DNA of 64,000 nucleotides from Nitrospirales bacterium (lineage in GTDB: Bacteria > Nitrospirota > Nitrospiria > Nitrospirales > UBA8639): positions 1,344,001 through 1,408,000 of the forward strand of contig CBDBCZ010000019.1 of assembly GCA_965203295.1 (NCBI GenBank), in the 5' to 3' direction. The position numbers were made by a program, and so were the translations under genes. The notes under the pieces are model-generated. The model was not told the DNA's origin. It saw only the letters and a program-made list of their open reading frames with translations, and made no database searches. Shown here in pieces: positions 9,923 to 19,496 of this stretch (its first letter is position 1; each line of letters begins with the position of its first letter).

Positions 9923-10217
9923 CGAAATGCCTCCTTCAAGAAAACAGAAAAATCAGATTTGCTAAAAAATGAGAAAAAACTCTAATCAATTTTTTCCTGT
10001 TTTGTCAATGATTTAACGCTCTATTTAACCAAATATGATGGGTGATCTCATGCAAGGGATCATGGGTTAATGAGTCAAGGCAAGCGTATATTTAGCTCAT
10101 GATCCTTATTGCATGAGCATGAAGGCTTAGAGTCGTCCAAGACGAATATTTCATGGTTTCCTGCAAGGTGATGGGTTTATTGACAGGGTACAACAGTTTT
10201 GTTATCGGCAAATTGAT

Positions 10218-10826
10218 ATGAGCAGAGCATTTCGTGTACGAGTCGCGACAGTTGCCATCTGGGGAGGTTTGATCTTGGGCTTTTTCCATTTTCCATCAGA
10301 AGCCATTGATATTGACCCGCAGCAAAAACAGATTGAGGAGGCTGTTCGGCAGGGACACGAGGCTGCCGAATCGCGTGTCCCACCTGACCAATTGTATTAT
10401 TGGTTCGGAAACAGGGAAGAATTTGAGGCGTATGGATTCTTAATGAGCAAAATTCATGGTGTGACCGTCATGGCCGCACATTTTGCTCTGCGAGGGGAAT
10501 CACCATCGAGCGAGGAGATTGCAAGGATTCTTAAAGAGGAAGCTTTATTGATTAACATGATCATGTTTGGGGATACCCCGACCTTTGCCGCTGATAGTTA
10601 TATGGTCTTGAAACAAGAGAACCATCTGATCAAGCCAATCCGCGTGCGTTTCGATGCTGTCGCGAAGCGAACAAAACGTTGGCCAGCAGCTCCTCGTTAT
10701 CGAGCCAAGGTCATAGCCTATTTCCGATATAAGGACTTCGATCCTGTCGCCCCGACGATCATCACTGTCTTTCCGGGTGTTGGCAGGGAAAAGTCCTTCA
10801 ACTTGAACTTTTCGGCTATTCCTTAA
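10218..10826 (+). CDS. Hypothetical exported protein
   Basis: 202-aa ORF with a signal peptide-like N-terminus ending SEA. Confidence 0.7.
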   Translation: MSRAFRVRVATVAIWGGLILGFFHFPSEAIDIDPQQKQIEEAVRQGHEAAESRVPPDQLYYWFGNREEFEAYGFLMSKIHGVTVMAAHFALRGESPSSEEIARILKEEALLINMIMFGDTPTFAADSYMVLKQENHLIKPIRVRFDAVAKRTKRWPAAPRYRAKVIAYFRYKDFDPVAPTIITVFPGVGREKSFNLNFSAIP

Positions 10827-10908
10827 GATTCGAAAAAACATGAAGGTGCGCAGATAGGAAATCCTTTATGAGACACTGGCAAATTATTCTCATCGTTCGT
10901 GGTTGTGC

Positions 10909-12198
10909 ATGAATTCACCATCAGCTGAAATCATAGCCATTGGATCTGAATTCCTACATGGGGGCCGAGTGGAAACCAACTCCCTTTGGTTAGCTGATGC
11001 CCTTGCGGAATGTGGAATACGCGTAGGATTTAAAACCATTGTTGGGGATGTTGAGCCAGATATCATGACAGCAATTTCGCAATCGGTTCATCGTGCCGAT
11101 GTCGTGATCCTGACTGGAGGTCTTGGGCCGACCCGTGATGATGTCACTCGGCAGGCCGTGGCCAAGTGCATTCGACAATCTTTGAGACGGCATCCCCAAG
11201 CTGCGAGATCTATTCAAATCTGGTGCACGTCTCGAAACCGAAAGCCTACATCTGCCCAATTTCGTCAGGCCTCTATTCCCAGAGGGGCTCAAGTCCTGAA
11301 CAACTTAGCTGGCTCTGCACCAGGATTTTATCTCACATGGAAGGGTCGTATGCTTTTTGCCTTGCCTGGAGTCCCGCGTGAAGCCGAGAAGATGTTCTTC
11401 TCGGAACTCCTTCCTATTCTAAAAGAGCACAAGAGCTGCGATTCCTCATTCTTTCGGAGAATGGTGCATATCTATGGACTCACGGAATCCGAAGTCGAGG
11501 AAAAGATTTCCTTTCTTTATCGTAAATTTCCCGAGATCCAGGTTGGATTGCTTGCTTCACCATTAGGGGTTTCTGTTTCACTCAGTCGTTGGAGAAGTTC
11601 TGGGAGGAATCCAACCCTACTGTCAATCAGATTGGTGTCACAGCAAATCGACCAAGGGATTGTTCGCATGCGAGAGGTTCTAGAAGATTCAATCTTTGGA
11701 GAAGGACAAGAAACCATGGAGGAAGTCGTAGGTGGGCTCTTACGTCAATGTGGATTCACGCTGTCTCTCGCTGAATCCTGTACCGGTGGCTTAATTGGGC
11801 ATCGGTTGACCCAGGTTTCTGGAAGTTCTCAATACCTGGAGCGGGGGGTGATTTGTTACAGCAATCAATCGAAAATTGATTTGTTAGGGGTCTCAAAGAA
11901 CATACTCTTGGCCTATGGTGCGGTGAGCTGCCAGGTCGCGGCTGCCATGGCCAAAGGGGTCCGACTGAGAAGTAAGTCCCATGTGGGGTTGAGTGTGACT
12001 GGTATTGCGGGCCCCGATGGTGGGTCACCGGAAAAACCTGTCGGATTGGTGTATGTCGGGCTTAGTGCTCATGGTTTTCATTCGACTCAAGAATTTCGCT
12101 TTTATGGGGACCGTAAAGCCATCAAGTTACGGGCTTCTCAAGGTGCCCTCGATTGTCTGAGGCGATGGCTTGTGCAAGGTCGTAAAGCAAGTAGGTGA
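10909..12198 (+). CDS. cinA: CinA-like protein (Mocf-like domain plus PncC NMN deamidase)
   Basis: AEIIAIGSE, TGGLGPTRDDVT, LPGVPRE, AESCTGG, TGIAGPDGG. Confidence 0.95.
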   Translation: MNSPSAEIIAIGSEFLHGGRVETNSLWLADALAECGIRVGFKTIVGDVEPDIMTAISQSVHRADVVILTGGLGPTRDDVTRQAVAKCIRQSLRRHPQAARSIQIWCTSRNRKPTSAQFRQASIPRGAQVLNNLAGSAPGFYLTWKGRMLFALPGVPREAEKMFFSELLPILKEHKSCDSSFFRRMVHIYGLTESEVEEKISFLYRKFPEIQVGLLASPLGVSVSLSRWRSSGRNPTLLSIRLVSQQIDQGIVRMREVLEDSIFGEGQETMEEVVGGLLRQCGFTLSLAESCTGGLIGHRLTQVSGSSQYLERGVICYSNQSKIDLLGVSKNILLAYGAVSCQVAAAMAKGVRLRSKSHVGLSVTGIAGPDGGSPEKPVGLVYVGLSAHGFHSTQEFRFYGDRKAIKLRASQGALDCLRRWLVQGRKASR

Positions 12199-12201
12199 CA
12201 C

Positions 12202-12780
12202 ATGAAGATTCGATCTTTCTTGGCCGTAAAATTGCCTGATCCATTAAAGGAAGAACTTGAACGTGTTCAAAACCGGCTTCGATCCAAATTACCCCATTTG
12301 GCATGGGTTAAACCCTCTGCGATGCATCTCACCGTGAAGTTTTTTGGTGATATTGAGATGGAGCAAGTCGAGGAAATACAGGGATGTGCCCAACGCGTTA
12401 TGCAACATTCGAGTCGTTTTTCACTTGCGGCTCAAGGCCTTGGTGTTTTTCCCAATATACGCATGCCGAGGATTCTGTGGGTTGGAATTTCAGGAGAGAC
12501 TAAAATCTTATCGCGTCTGGTAGACGACCTGGACGAGGCTCTGGCGACGTTGGAATTTCCCAAAGAAGGAAAACCCTTTAACCCCCACCTCACGTTGGCC
12601 CGAATCAAATCCCAAGGGCGCGAGGTGGGTGAGGTGCTTGTGAAGAAGAAACTCTTAGAACCTTCTGTGCCAATTGGCTCCATTGATGTCACTCACGTAT
12701 CCCTGTTTAAGAGTGAATTGCGCGCGTCGGGTTCTGTGTATACGTGCCTTTGGGATGTGTCCTTACCTGTGCCATCCTGA
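12202..12780 (+). CDS. thpR: RNA 2',3'-cyclic phosphodiesterase (2H family)
   Basis: Two HxT motifs: MHLTVKF and FNPHLTLAR. Confidence 0.93.
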   Translation: MKIRSFLAVKLPDPLKEELERVQNRLRSKLPHLAWVKPSAMHLTVKFFGDIEMEQVEEIQGCAQRVMQHSSRFSLAAQGLGVFPNIRMPRILWVGISGETKILSRLVDDLDEALATLEFPKEGKPFNPHLTLARIKSQGREVGEVLVKKKLLEPSVPIGSIDVTHVSLFKSELRASGSVYTCLWDVSLPVPS

Positions 12781-12791
12781 TGTCGTCCATT

Positions 12792-12917
12792 CAGGAGCTG
12801 TTGAAAAAGGCCGCCAGCGGCGTTCTCGTGGTTCGGAGGCCTCAACGTACTCACTTGTATGCCTCGTCCCCCTCGCTGCCTGCGGCCTTGCTGAACACCC
12901 TTTTTGAACAGCTCCTG
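12792..12917. mobile_element. 126-bp MITE/REPIN-like element with 19-bp terminal inverted repeats
   Basis: CAGGAGCTGTTGAAAAAGG ... CCTTTTTGAACAGCTCCTG (18/19 match); GC-rich interior; no credible coding capacity. Confidence 0.8.
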
Positions 12918-13089
12918 CTCCTTCTGGCGCTTTAGGGTTTGTATCTGGTGTAGCCTGCTATTGAGGATTCTTGAATTATTCAACATCCCTATTCTAATGT
13001 CGGGACGGTTTCATTTACGTGTCTGATGTTGTTCGGTATGATAGTAATCTGTTGAATTTCTATTGAAGCGTCATTTGGGAGGAAAAGTT

Positions 13090-14169
13090 ATGAATGAGCG
13101 GTCTGAGGATAAAGATGGGAAAAAGCGGGCTTTAGACTTGGCCCTGACACAGATCGAAAAACAATTTGGAAAAGGGTCCATCATGAAATTGGGAGCCGAT
13201 CAAGCTCCCTCCGATATTGAAACCATCTCCACGGGGTCTTTGTCGCTTGACCTGGCTTTAGGTGTAGGCGGGCTTCCTCGTGGGCGGGTTATAGAAATCT
13301 ATGGCCCTGAATCATCGGGAAAAACGACGCTGTGTCTACATGCCATTGCTGAAGCGCAAAAAGCTGGGGGTTCGGCGGCTTTCATTGACGCTGAGCATGC
13401 CCTAGACGTGGGATATGCAAAAAAACTTAATGTGAACGTCGAGGAATTACTCGTGTCGCAGCCGGATACTGGAGAACAATCTCTTGAGATAACCGAAACT
13501 CTGGTTCGCAGTGGAGCGATCGACTTAATTGTCGTGGATTCGGTGGCTGCTTTGGTTCCCAGGGCCGAAATTGAAGGGGAAATGGGTGATTCGCACATGG
13601 GCCTTCAAGCCAGGCTCATGTCACAGGCTTTGCGGAAACTGACAGGATCGATTTCTAAATCGCAAACAACCCTGATTTTTATCAACCAGATTCGGATGAA
13701 GATAGGGGTGATGTTTGGCAATCCGGAAACGACAACTGGTGGAAATGCCCTCAAGTTCTATTCTTCAGTCCGCCTCGATATCCGGAGAATTGAGTCGATC
13801 AAAGAAGGTCAGGAAGTTACAGGGAGTCGAGTCCGAGTGAAAGTCGTGAAAAACAAAACAGCGCCACCATTTAAGCAGGCCGAATTCGACATTATGTTTG
13901 CTGAAGGAATTTCTAAAGTTGGGGAATTAGTGGACCTTGGTGTGGACAAGCGAGTGATCGAAAAGGCTGGGGCCTGGTATTCCTATAAAGAAGACCGTTT
14001 AGGGCAGGGGAGAGAAGCGGTGAAGACCTTTTTAAAGTCGAATCCGGATATCGCTCAGGATATTGAAAGGCAAATTCGTGAAAAGGTTGGATTGGGTCTT
14101 CCAGATGACGCGAAAGCAACGGAAACCCGCCCAGTGGGGAAAAAGGCACCACGTCGGGGCACACCATAA
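13090..14169 (+). CDS. recA: Recombinase RecA
   Basis: [33 protein letters not shown]. Confidence 0.99.
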   Translation: MNERSEDKDGKKRALDLALTQIEKQFGKGSIMKLGADQAPSDIETISTGSLSLDLALGVGGLPRGRVIEIYGPESSGKTTLCLHAIAEAQKAGGSAAFIDAEHALDVGYAKKLNVNVEELLVSQPDTGEQSLEITETLVRSGAIDLIVVDSVAALVPRAEIEGEMGDSHMGLQARLMSQALRKLTGSISKSQTTLIFINQIRMKIGVMFGNPETTTGGNALKFYSSVRLDIRRIESIKEGQEVTGSRVRVKVVKNKTAPPFKQAEFDIMFAEGISKVGELVDLGVDKRVIEKAGAWYSYKEDRLGQGREAVKTFLKSNPDIAQDIERQIREKVGLGLPDDAKATETRPVGKKAPRRGTP

Positions 14170-14187
14170 CAAGGGTTTATAGATAAG

Positions 14188-16833
14188 ATGAGCTGTTCCA
14201 CTAACGAACTCCGACAGTCTTTTTTAGAATATTTTGGTTGCCATGATCATGCCGTGGTGCCGAGTGCCTCCCTCATTCCGCAGGCCGATCAGACTCTTTT
14301 GTTCACGAACGCAGGAATGAATCAGTTTAAACGAGTGTTTTTGGGAGAAGAAATTCGGACTTACAAGCGTGCTGTTTCAGTGCAAAAATGTATGCGCGCT
14401 GGTGGCAAACATAATGATCTCGAAAATGTTGGGTATACCCGACGACACCATACATTTTTTGAAATGCTCGGGAATTTTTCCTTTGGGGATTATTTTAAGA
14501 AGGAAGCCATCCAACTGGGGTGGGAATATTTGACCAAAGTTCTTGGTTTGCCACCGGACCGACTGTGGGTGACGGTGTATCGTGACGATGATGAAGCCTT
14601 TCATTTGTGGGAAAAGGATATCGTGGTTCCAGCTTCTCGCATTCTCCGTCTTGGTGATAAGGATAACTTTTGGCAAATGGGCGACACAGGGCCCTGTGGA
14701 CCCTGTTCAGAAATACTGATTGATCAAGGGGAAGCATTGGGGTGTGGTAAACCGTCGTGTGCCGTGGGCTGTGATTGTGATCGCTACCTTGAGTTATGGA
14801 ATTTGGTCTTCATGCAATATGATCGTGATTCTTCGGGTACCCTCCATCCTCTTCCTAAACCCAGCATTGATACGGGAATGGGACTCGAACGATTGGCCGC
14901 CGTTGTCCAAAAAGTGACGAGCAATTATGACACGGATCTCTTTTCAACTCTTTTAACTCTCATCGGAGAGCGAACAGGGCATCACTATGGTCACGATGGA
15001 TCAGGTGATTGCTCCATGCGCGTCATTGCTGATCATTTGCGAGCGATTACCTTTTTGATTGCTGATGGTATTTTACCCTCTAATGAAGGTCGAGGGTATG
15101 TGTTACGACGAGTTCTTCGCCGCGCTTCACGACATGGACGTCTGTTAGGAACCACAGAACCCTTTTTATATCAATTGGTGCAATCGGTCATTCAACAAAT
15201 GGAGCCTGTCTATCCTGAGGTCCGGCAAGCCTCTGCTGTCATTGATGAAGTCGTGCTAGGGGAAGAGGAGCGGTTCATTGGAACTTTGGATCAGGGGCTT
15301 CCTCTCTTGAATGAAATAGTCTCGACTGCTCTTTCTGAAAGTCGGACTTCTTTGAAAGGCGAGACCGTATTCAAACTCTATGATACCTATGGATTCCCGC
15401 TTGACCTCATTGAAGAAGCTGCGAGGGAACAAGGGTTGCGGGTTGATTTAGAAAGCTTTCAACGTGCCCTTGAGGGGCAACGCGACCGTGCGAGGAAAGC
15501 CGAGGCCTTTTCTGCTGATGAAGCGAAACCTATTTGGACTGAGTTGGCGAAGGTGGCTCAACCGACCCAGTTTTTGGGGTATCAACAACTTGAAGGACAA
15601 AGCCTCGTCCAAGCTATTCTCAAAGATGAATGTCTCGTCGAAGAAGTTGTAGAGGGAGATACAGTTGAAGTGGTTTTAGCTTCAACCCCATTTTATGCTG
15701 AAGGTGGTGGCCAAGTTGGCGATCAAGGGAGCTTGGTTGGACCTGATGGCCGAATTCACGTTCAAGAAACAACAAGAGTCGGAAGCGGTTTCTTTATTCA
15801 CAAAGGAGCCGTGTCTGCCGGACGAGTGCGGAAAGGAGATTCGTTGCATGCCTCTGTGAATGCAACGACTCGACAGGATGCCGCTCGCAATCATACCGCC
15901 ACACATCTGGTCCATGCGGCTCTTCGAGACATTCTGGGACCTCATGTGAAGCAATATGGCTCGCTGGTGGCTCCCAATCGTCTGCGGTTTGATTTTTCGC
16001 ATTTCAAACCCTTGGCTGTTCGAGATATCGAAGAAATCGAATCATTAGTGAATTTTCAAATTCGCGAGAATACCCATGTCCAAACGGAGGTTATGGGGAC
16101 ACAAGAAGCGATGGAATCCGGCGCTCTGGCATTTTTTGGAGATAAATATGGTGATCAGGTGCGAGTCGTCGAAATTGGGACCTTTAGCAAAGAACTTTGT
16201 GGAGGAACCCATTGCCGGGATACAGGGGAAATTGGCCTTTTTAAGATAGTCTCTGAAGGTGGGGTTGCGGCCGGCGTGAGACGAATGGAAGCGCTTACCG
16301 GGTTAGGGGCTCTTCATCAATGGCGAAAAGTCGAGTCTGACATTCGAGATATCGCTGGCTTGTTAAAGGCAAGTCCGGCTGAGATCTTTTCCAAGACCCA
16401 AAAACTTGTGACATCCCTCAAGGAGAAAGAACGGGAATTAGAACAGTTAAAATTGAAGCTTGCCGAGGCCGAAGTTGGTGATTCAAAGGCAGATGTTCGA
16501 TCGATTAAGGGAGTCCAAGTGCATGTCCAACGAATTGATGGGTTGGGTATGCAGGAATTACGATCAATATCAGATCAGGTTCGAAATAAGGTAGGAAGCG
16601 GTGTGATCGCATTAGGTTCGGTTCAGGATGGAAAAGTTTCTCTTTTAGTCGTGGTCACGAAAGATTGGACCCAAAGCATTAAGGCTGGAGATCTGGTCAA
16701 AGATTTGGCGAAAGAAGTTGGAGGTTCTGGCGGTGGAAGGCCAGAAATGGCTCAGGCTGGGGGAAAGAGTCCTGAACGTCTAGAAGAAACTTTAGAGAAA
16801 GTTTTTCAACTTGTTGAAACGAGAATGTCATAA
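14188..16833 (+). CDS. alaS: Alanine--tRNA ligase
   Basis: LLFTNAGM, HHTFFEMLGNFSFGDYFK, NHTATHL, ELCGGTH, GGGRPEMAQAGG. Confidence 0.99.
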   Translation: MSCSTNELRQSFLEYFGCHDHAVVPSASLIPQADQTLLFTNAGMNQFKRVFLGEEIRTYKRAVSVQKCMRAGGKHNDLENVGYTRRHHTFFEMLGNFSFGDYFKKEAIQLGWEYLTKVLGLPPDRLWVTVYRDDDEAFHLWEKDIVVPASRILRLGDKDNFWQMGDTGPCGPCSEILIDQGEALGCGKPSCAVGCDCDRYLELWNLVFMQYDRDSSGTLHPLPKPSIDTGMGLERLAAVVQKVTSNYDTDLFSTLLTLIGERTGHHYGHDGSGDCSMRVIADHLRAITFLIADGILPSNEGRGYVLRRVLRRASRHGRLLGTTEPFLYQLVQSVIQQMEPVYPEVRQASAVIDEVVLGEEERFIGTLDQGLPLLNEIVSTALSESRTSLKGETVFKLYDTYGFPLDLIEEAAREQGLRVDLESFQRALEGQRDRARKAEAFSADEAKPIWTELAKVAQPTQFLGYQQLEGQSLVQAILKDECLVEEVVEGDTVEVVLASTPFYAEGGGQVGDQGSLVGPDGRIHVQETTRVGSGFFIHKGAVSAGRVRKGDSLHASVNATTRQDAARNHTATHLVHAALRDILGPHVKQYGSLVAPNRLRFDFSHFKPLAVRDIEEIESLVNFQIRENTHVQTEVMGTQEAMESGALAFFGDKYGDQVRVVEIGTFSKELCGGTHCRDTGEIGLFKIVSEGGVAAGVRRMEALTGLGALHQWRKVESDIRDIAGLLKASPAEIFSKTQKLVTSLKEKERELEQLKLKLAEAEVGDSKADVRSIKGVQVHVQRIDGLGMQELRSISDQVRNKVGSGVIALGSVQDGKVSLLVVVTKDWTQSIKAGDLVKDLAKEVGGSGGGRPEMAQAGGKSPERLEETLEKVFQLVETRMS

Positions 16834-16942
16834 CACAGACCTGCTCTCGGTTCCGAGTGTTTTTCCTCATAACATGACTGACATTTTTCATGATTGATTG
16901 TCACGTGATAGAAGTTCCTACGATGGTAAATGCAATGAGTGA

Positions 16943-17953
16943 ATGCACATGAAAATAGCTTGGTCCCTGTTGACCGTTGTCCTTCTTGGCAGTGTCATCG
17001 CTGTCGGAGTGTTTATGATGTTCCTTTCCCTTACAGGAGATCCTCATGCTCGCCACATTGTGACGATACAAGAAGGCACTCCCTTTTCTCTGGTGGTTGA
17101 AAGGCTTTATGAGAAAGGAATAATTCGGAACCCATGGGCCGTGCGGTGGTTGGCCTGGGTGAAGGGGGCTGATCGAAAGATTATCCCAGGTGAGTACGAG
17201 TTTGTGGGCGGGATAGAGCCTTCGGCTATTTTAGATAAATTAGTATCTGGACAGGTTATTCAACATGCCATCACGATCCCAGAAGGCTACACCACACTGC
17301 AGATTGCCGACTTGCTTCATGAAAAGCAAATTGTGGACCATGAGCTATTTTTAGAATCCGTAGGAGACTCCGAGCTTATTCGAAATATGGAACTCCAGGT
17401 GTCCCATTTGGAAGGATACCTTTTCCCAGACACGTATTTTTTGACTCGCCCAATGACGGCAGAAGCCGTCATCCGGAGGCTTGTTGGACGCATGAGGCAA
17501 ACCCTGAATGCTGAACTCTTAGCAAGGGCCGATGAAATTGGGATGACGACACATGAAGTTCTCACTTTAGCGTCCGTGATTGAGAAGGAAACAGGAAAAC
17601 CCGAGGAACGAGGGCTAATTTCGGGAGTGTTTCACAACCGCTTGAAGCGCAATATTCCACTTCAGAGTGATCCCACAGTTATCTATGCTCTAGAGATGTA
17701 TGATGGAAATTTGCGAAAAAGAGATTTATCTGTCAAGAGTCCTTATAACACCTATCGAGTGAAAGGCCTCCCACCAGGACCAATTGCCAACCCTGGTGAG
17801 GCTGCTATAAGAGCTGCTTTGTATCCAGTTCCTACAAATTTTCTCTATTTCGTTTCGCGAAATGACGGTAGTCATAAGTTTTCTGCTACTCTCGCTGAGC
17901 ACAATTCCGCAGTGAAAAAATACCAAGTTAGTCAAGCCCGTCGCGCTTCCTAA
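16943..17953 (+). CDS. mltG: Endolytic murein transglycosylase MltG
   Basis: N-terminal TM, LEGYLFPDTY, LASVIEKET, LQSDPT, SPYNTY, GLPPGPIANPG. Confidence 0.96.
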   Translation: MHMKIAWSLLTVVLLGSVIAVGVFMMFLSLTGDPHARHIVTIQEGTPFSLVVERLYEKGIIRNPWAVRWLAWVKGADRKIIPGEYEFVGGIEPSAILDKLVSGQVIQHAITIPEGYTTLQIADLLHEKQIVDHELFLESVGDSELIRNMELQVSHLEGYLFPDTYFLTRPMTAEAVIRRLVGRMRQTLNAELLARADEIGMTTHEVLTLASVIEKETGKPEERGLISGVFHNRLKRNIPLQSDPTVIYALEMYDGNLRKRDLSVKSPYNTYRVKGLPPGPIANPGEAAIRAALYPVPTNFLYFVSRNDGSHKFSATLAEHNSAVKKYQVSQARRAS

Positions 17954-17957
17954 TTCG

Positions 17958-18425
17958 ATGTCAATAGAAGAACGCCTTCGCACTCTTGGAATCGTCCTTC
18001 CTGCTGCTCCAAGGCCAGTTGCGACCTATATACCTGCTTCTCTAGCTGGAGATTTGCTGTTTCTGAGTGGGGTGTTGCCGTTTCAGGATGGAAAACTCGC
18101 TTTTACTGGAAAGTTAGGAAAAGAATTGGATATTCAACAGGGTTACGCGGCGGCACGGCTGGCCGCTCTGAATGCACTGGCCATTATTCAGCAGGAAATG
18201 GGGAGTCTGGGCCAAGTTAGAAAGATCGTCCGTTTAACGGGACATGTGGCCTCGGCTGATGGATTTTCTAAACAACCTGCAGTTGTCAACGGTGCTTCAG
18301 ACGTGCTTGTGGAGATTTTGGGTGAGGTTGGACGTCATGCTCGGTTAGCGCTTGGAGCGGCTGAATTGCCACTTCATGCTCCGATTGAAATTGAGATGAT
18401 CGCTCAAGTCATCGTTGGAGAATAG
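17958..18425 (+). CDS. RidA/YjgF family protein
   Basis: LFLSGVLP, QPAVVNGASD, GRHARLALG. Confidence 0.9.
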   Translation: MSIEERLRTLGIVLPAAPRPVATYIPASLAGDLLFLSGVLPFQDGKLAFTGKLGKELDIQQGYAAARLAALNALAIIQQEMGSLGQVRKIVRLTGHVASADGFSKQPAVVNGASDVLVEILGEVGRHARLALGAAELPLHAPIEIEMIAQVIVGE

Positions 18426-18427
18426 AC

Positions 18428-19303
18428 GTGATCAAGATGTTCGTATTGTTGTTCATCATATTGAGTAGCGTTCTTGTCATATCCCCAGCGTTCTCCGCAG
18501 AAGTGAAGATGTATCATGATCCTCATGAATACCATTGGCAGGAGATTCCTCCATTGTTCGTGGAGACGACCGCTTCAACTTGGAAACGCCGTGGAAGATT
18601 TTACTATGACATTGAAGCGTCAATCCGGGTGAATTTTGCGGCTTCCGGTCTCACTATGGTTCGAAATAAGGAAGACCATCATGAAGTGACACTCTTCGTC
18701 GACTATAAAGAAATCAAAGGGAGGCGATTGGGCATTAATTCCTTTGAGACGATCATTTCAGGGACATTTATGTTGGAACACCATGAAATGGGTCCCCTCC
18801 TCGAAATTCGCATCCAAGAAAGTTCTTTGCCTCCGTCGCCGGCTGTTCCACTGTATTTGGTCGCTCTCGAGCGTTTTCAGACAAACCCCTATTACTTTTT
18901 TCTAGGGAATATCATTCGTGAGCATCTTGACCACGTTGGTGATGTCGACGCGATACTCCTCCGATCCTTAGAGCAAACGATTGAGAACCACGAACCTTTG
19001 GATCCTGATCAAATCCAATTTACTGAAATGGGCTATTCCACAATGACTGAGCAGCGTTTTTATGAACCGGCCGCCATTCGTCACACCGTCCAAAAGTTTG
19101 TTCGAAAAGATGATACTCGCATTATCCCCATCCTTGTCCTTCTGCTTCAGTATCCCGAAAAGCAGGCTCAAGTAGAGGCGATCAGGGCATTGCAACATTT
19201 TCGTGTTGGCAAAGCCGTTCCCTTTCTTGAAGACCTGAGCCGAGAGACGAAACAGCTTGAGGTTCAGCGTGAGGCTCAGCTGGCGATTGAATCTCTCAAG
19301 TAA
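18428..19303 (+). CDS. Exported protein with C-terminal HEAT-like repeats
   Basis: Signal peptide ending AFS-A; IIPILVLLL...QVEAIRALQHF...AVPFLEDL...VQREAQLAI. Confidence 0.7.
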   Translation: MIKMFVLLFIILSSVLVISPAFSAEVKMYHDPHEYHWQEIPPLFVETTASTWKRRGRFYYDIEASIRVNFAASGLTMVRNKEDHHEVTLFVDYKEIKGRRLGINSFETIISGTFMLEHHEMGPLLEIRIQESSLPPSPAVPLYLVALERFQTNPYYFFLGNIIREHLDHVGDVDAILLRSLEQTIENHEPLDPDQIQFTEMGYSTMTEQRFYEPAAIRHTVQKFVRKDDTRIIPILVLLLQYPEKQAQVEAIRALQHFRVGKAVPFLEDLSRETKQLEVQREAQLAIESLK

Positions 19304-19496
19304 GTGATTTCGTGGCGCTATCCTGTGAGTCAATTTGACAATAAAAAACTGCGCTTGTTAAAGTTTTTTTAGGCCTGAGTTTCTACGTTGAGTGGTTCAT
19401 TTTTCCTATAGAGCTTTACTCTGAATTAGTTCCACCAAACAAGCTTTTGGCCCTAAAAACCTTCATATCGTCACTGAAAAGAAAGGTATTTTCGCA

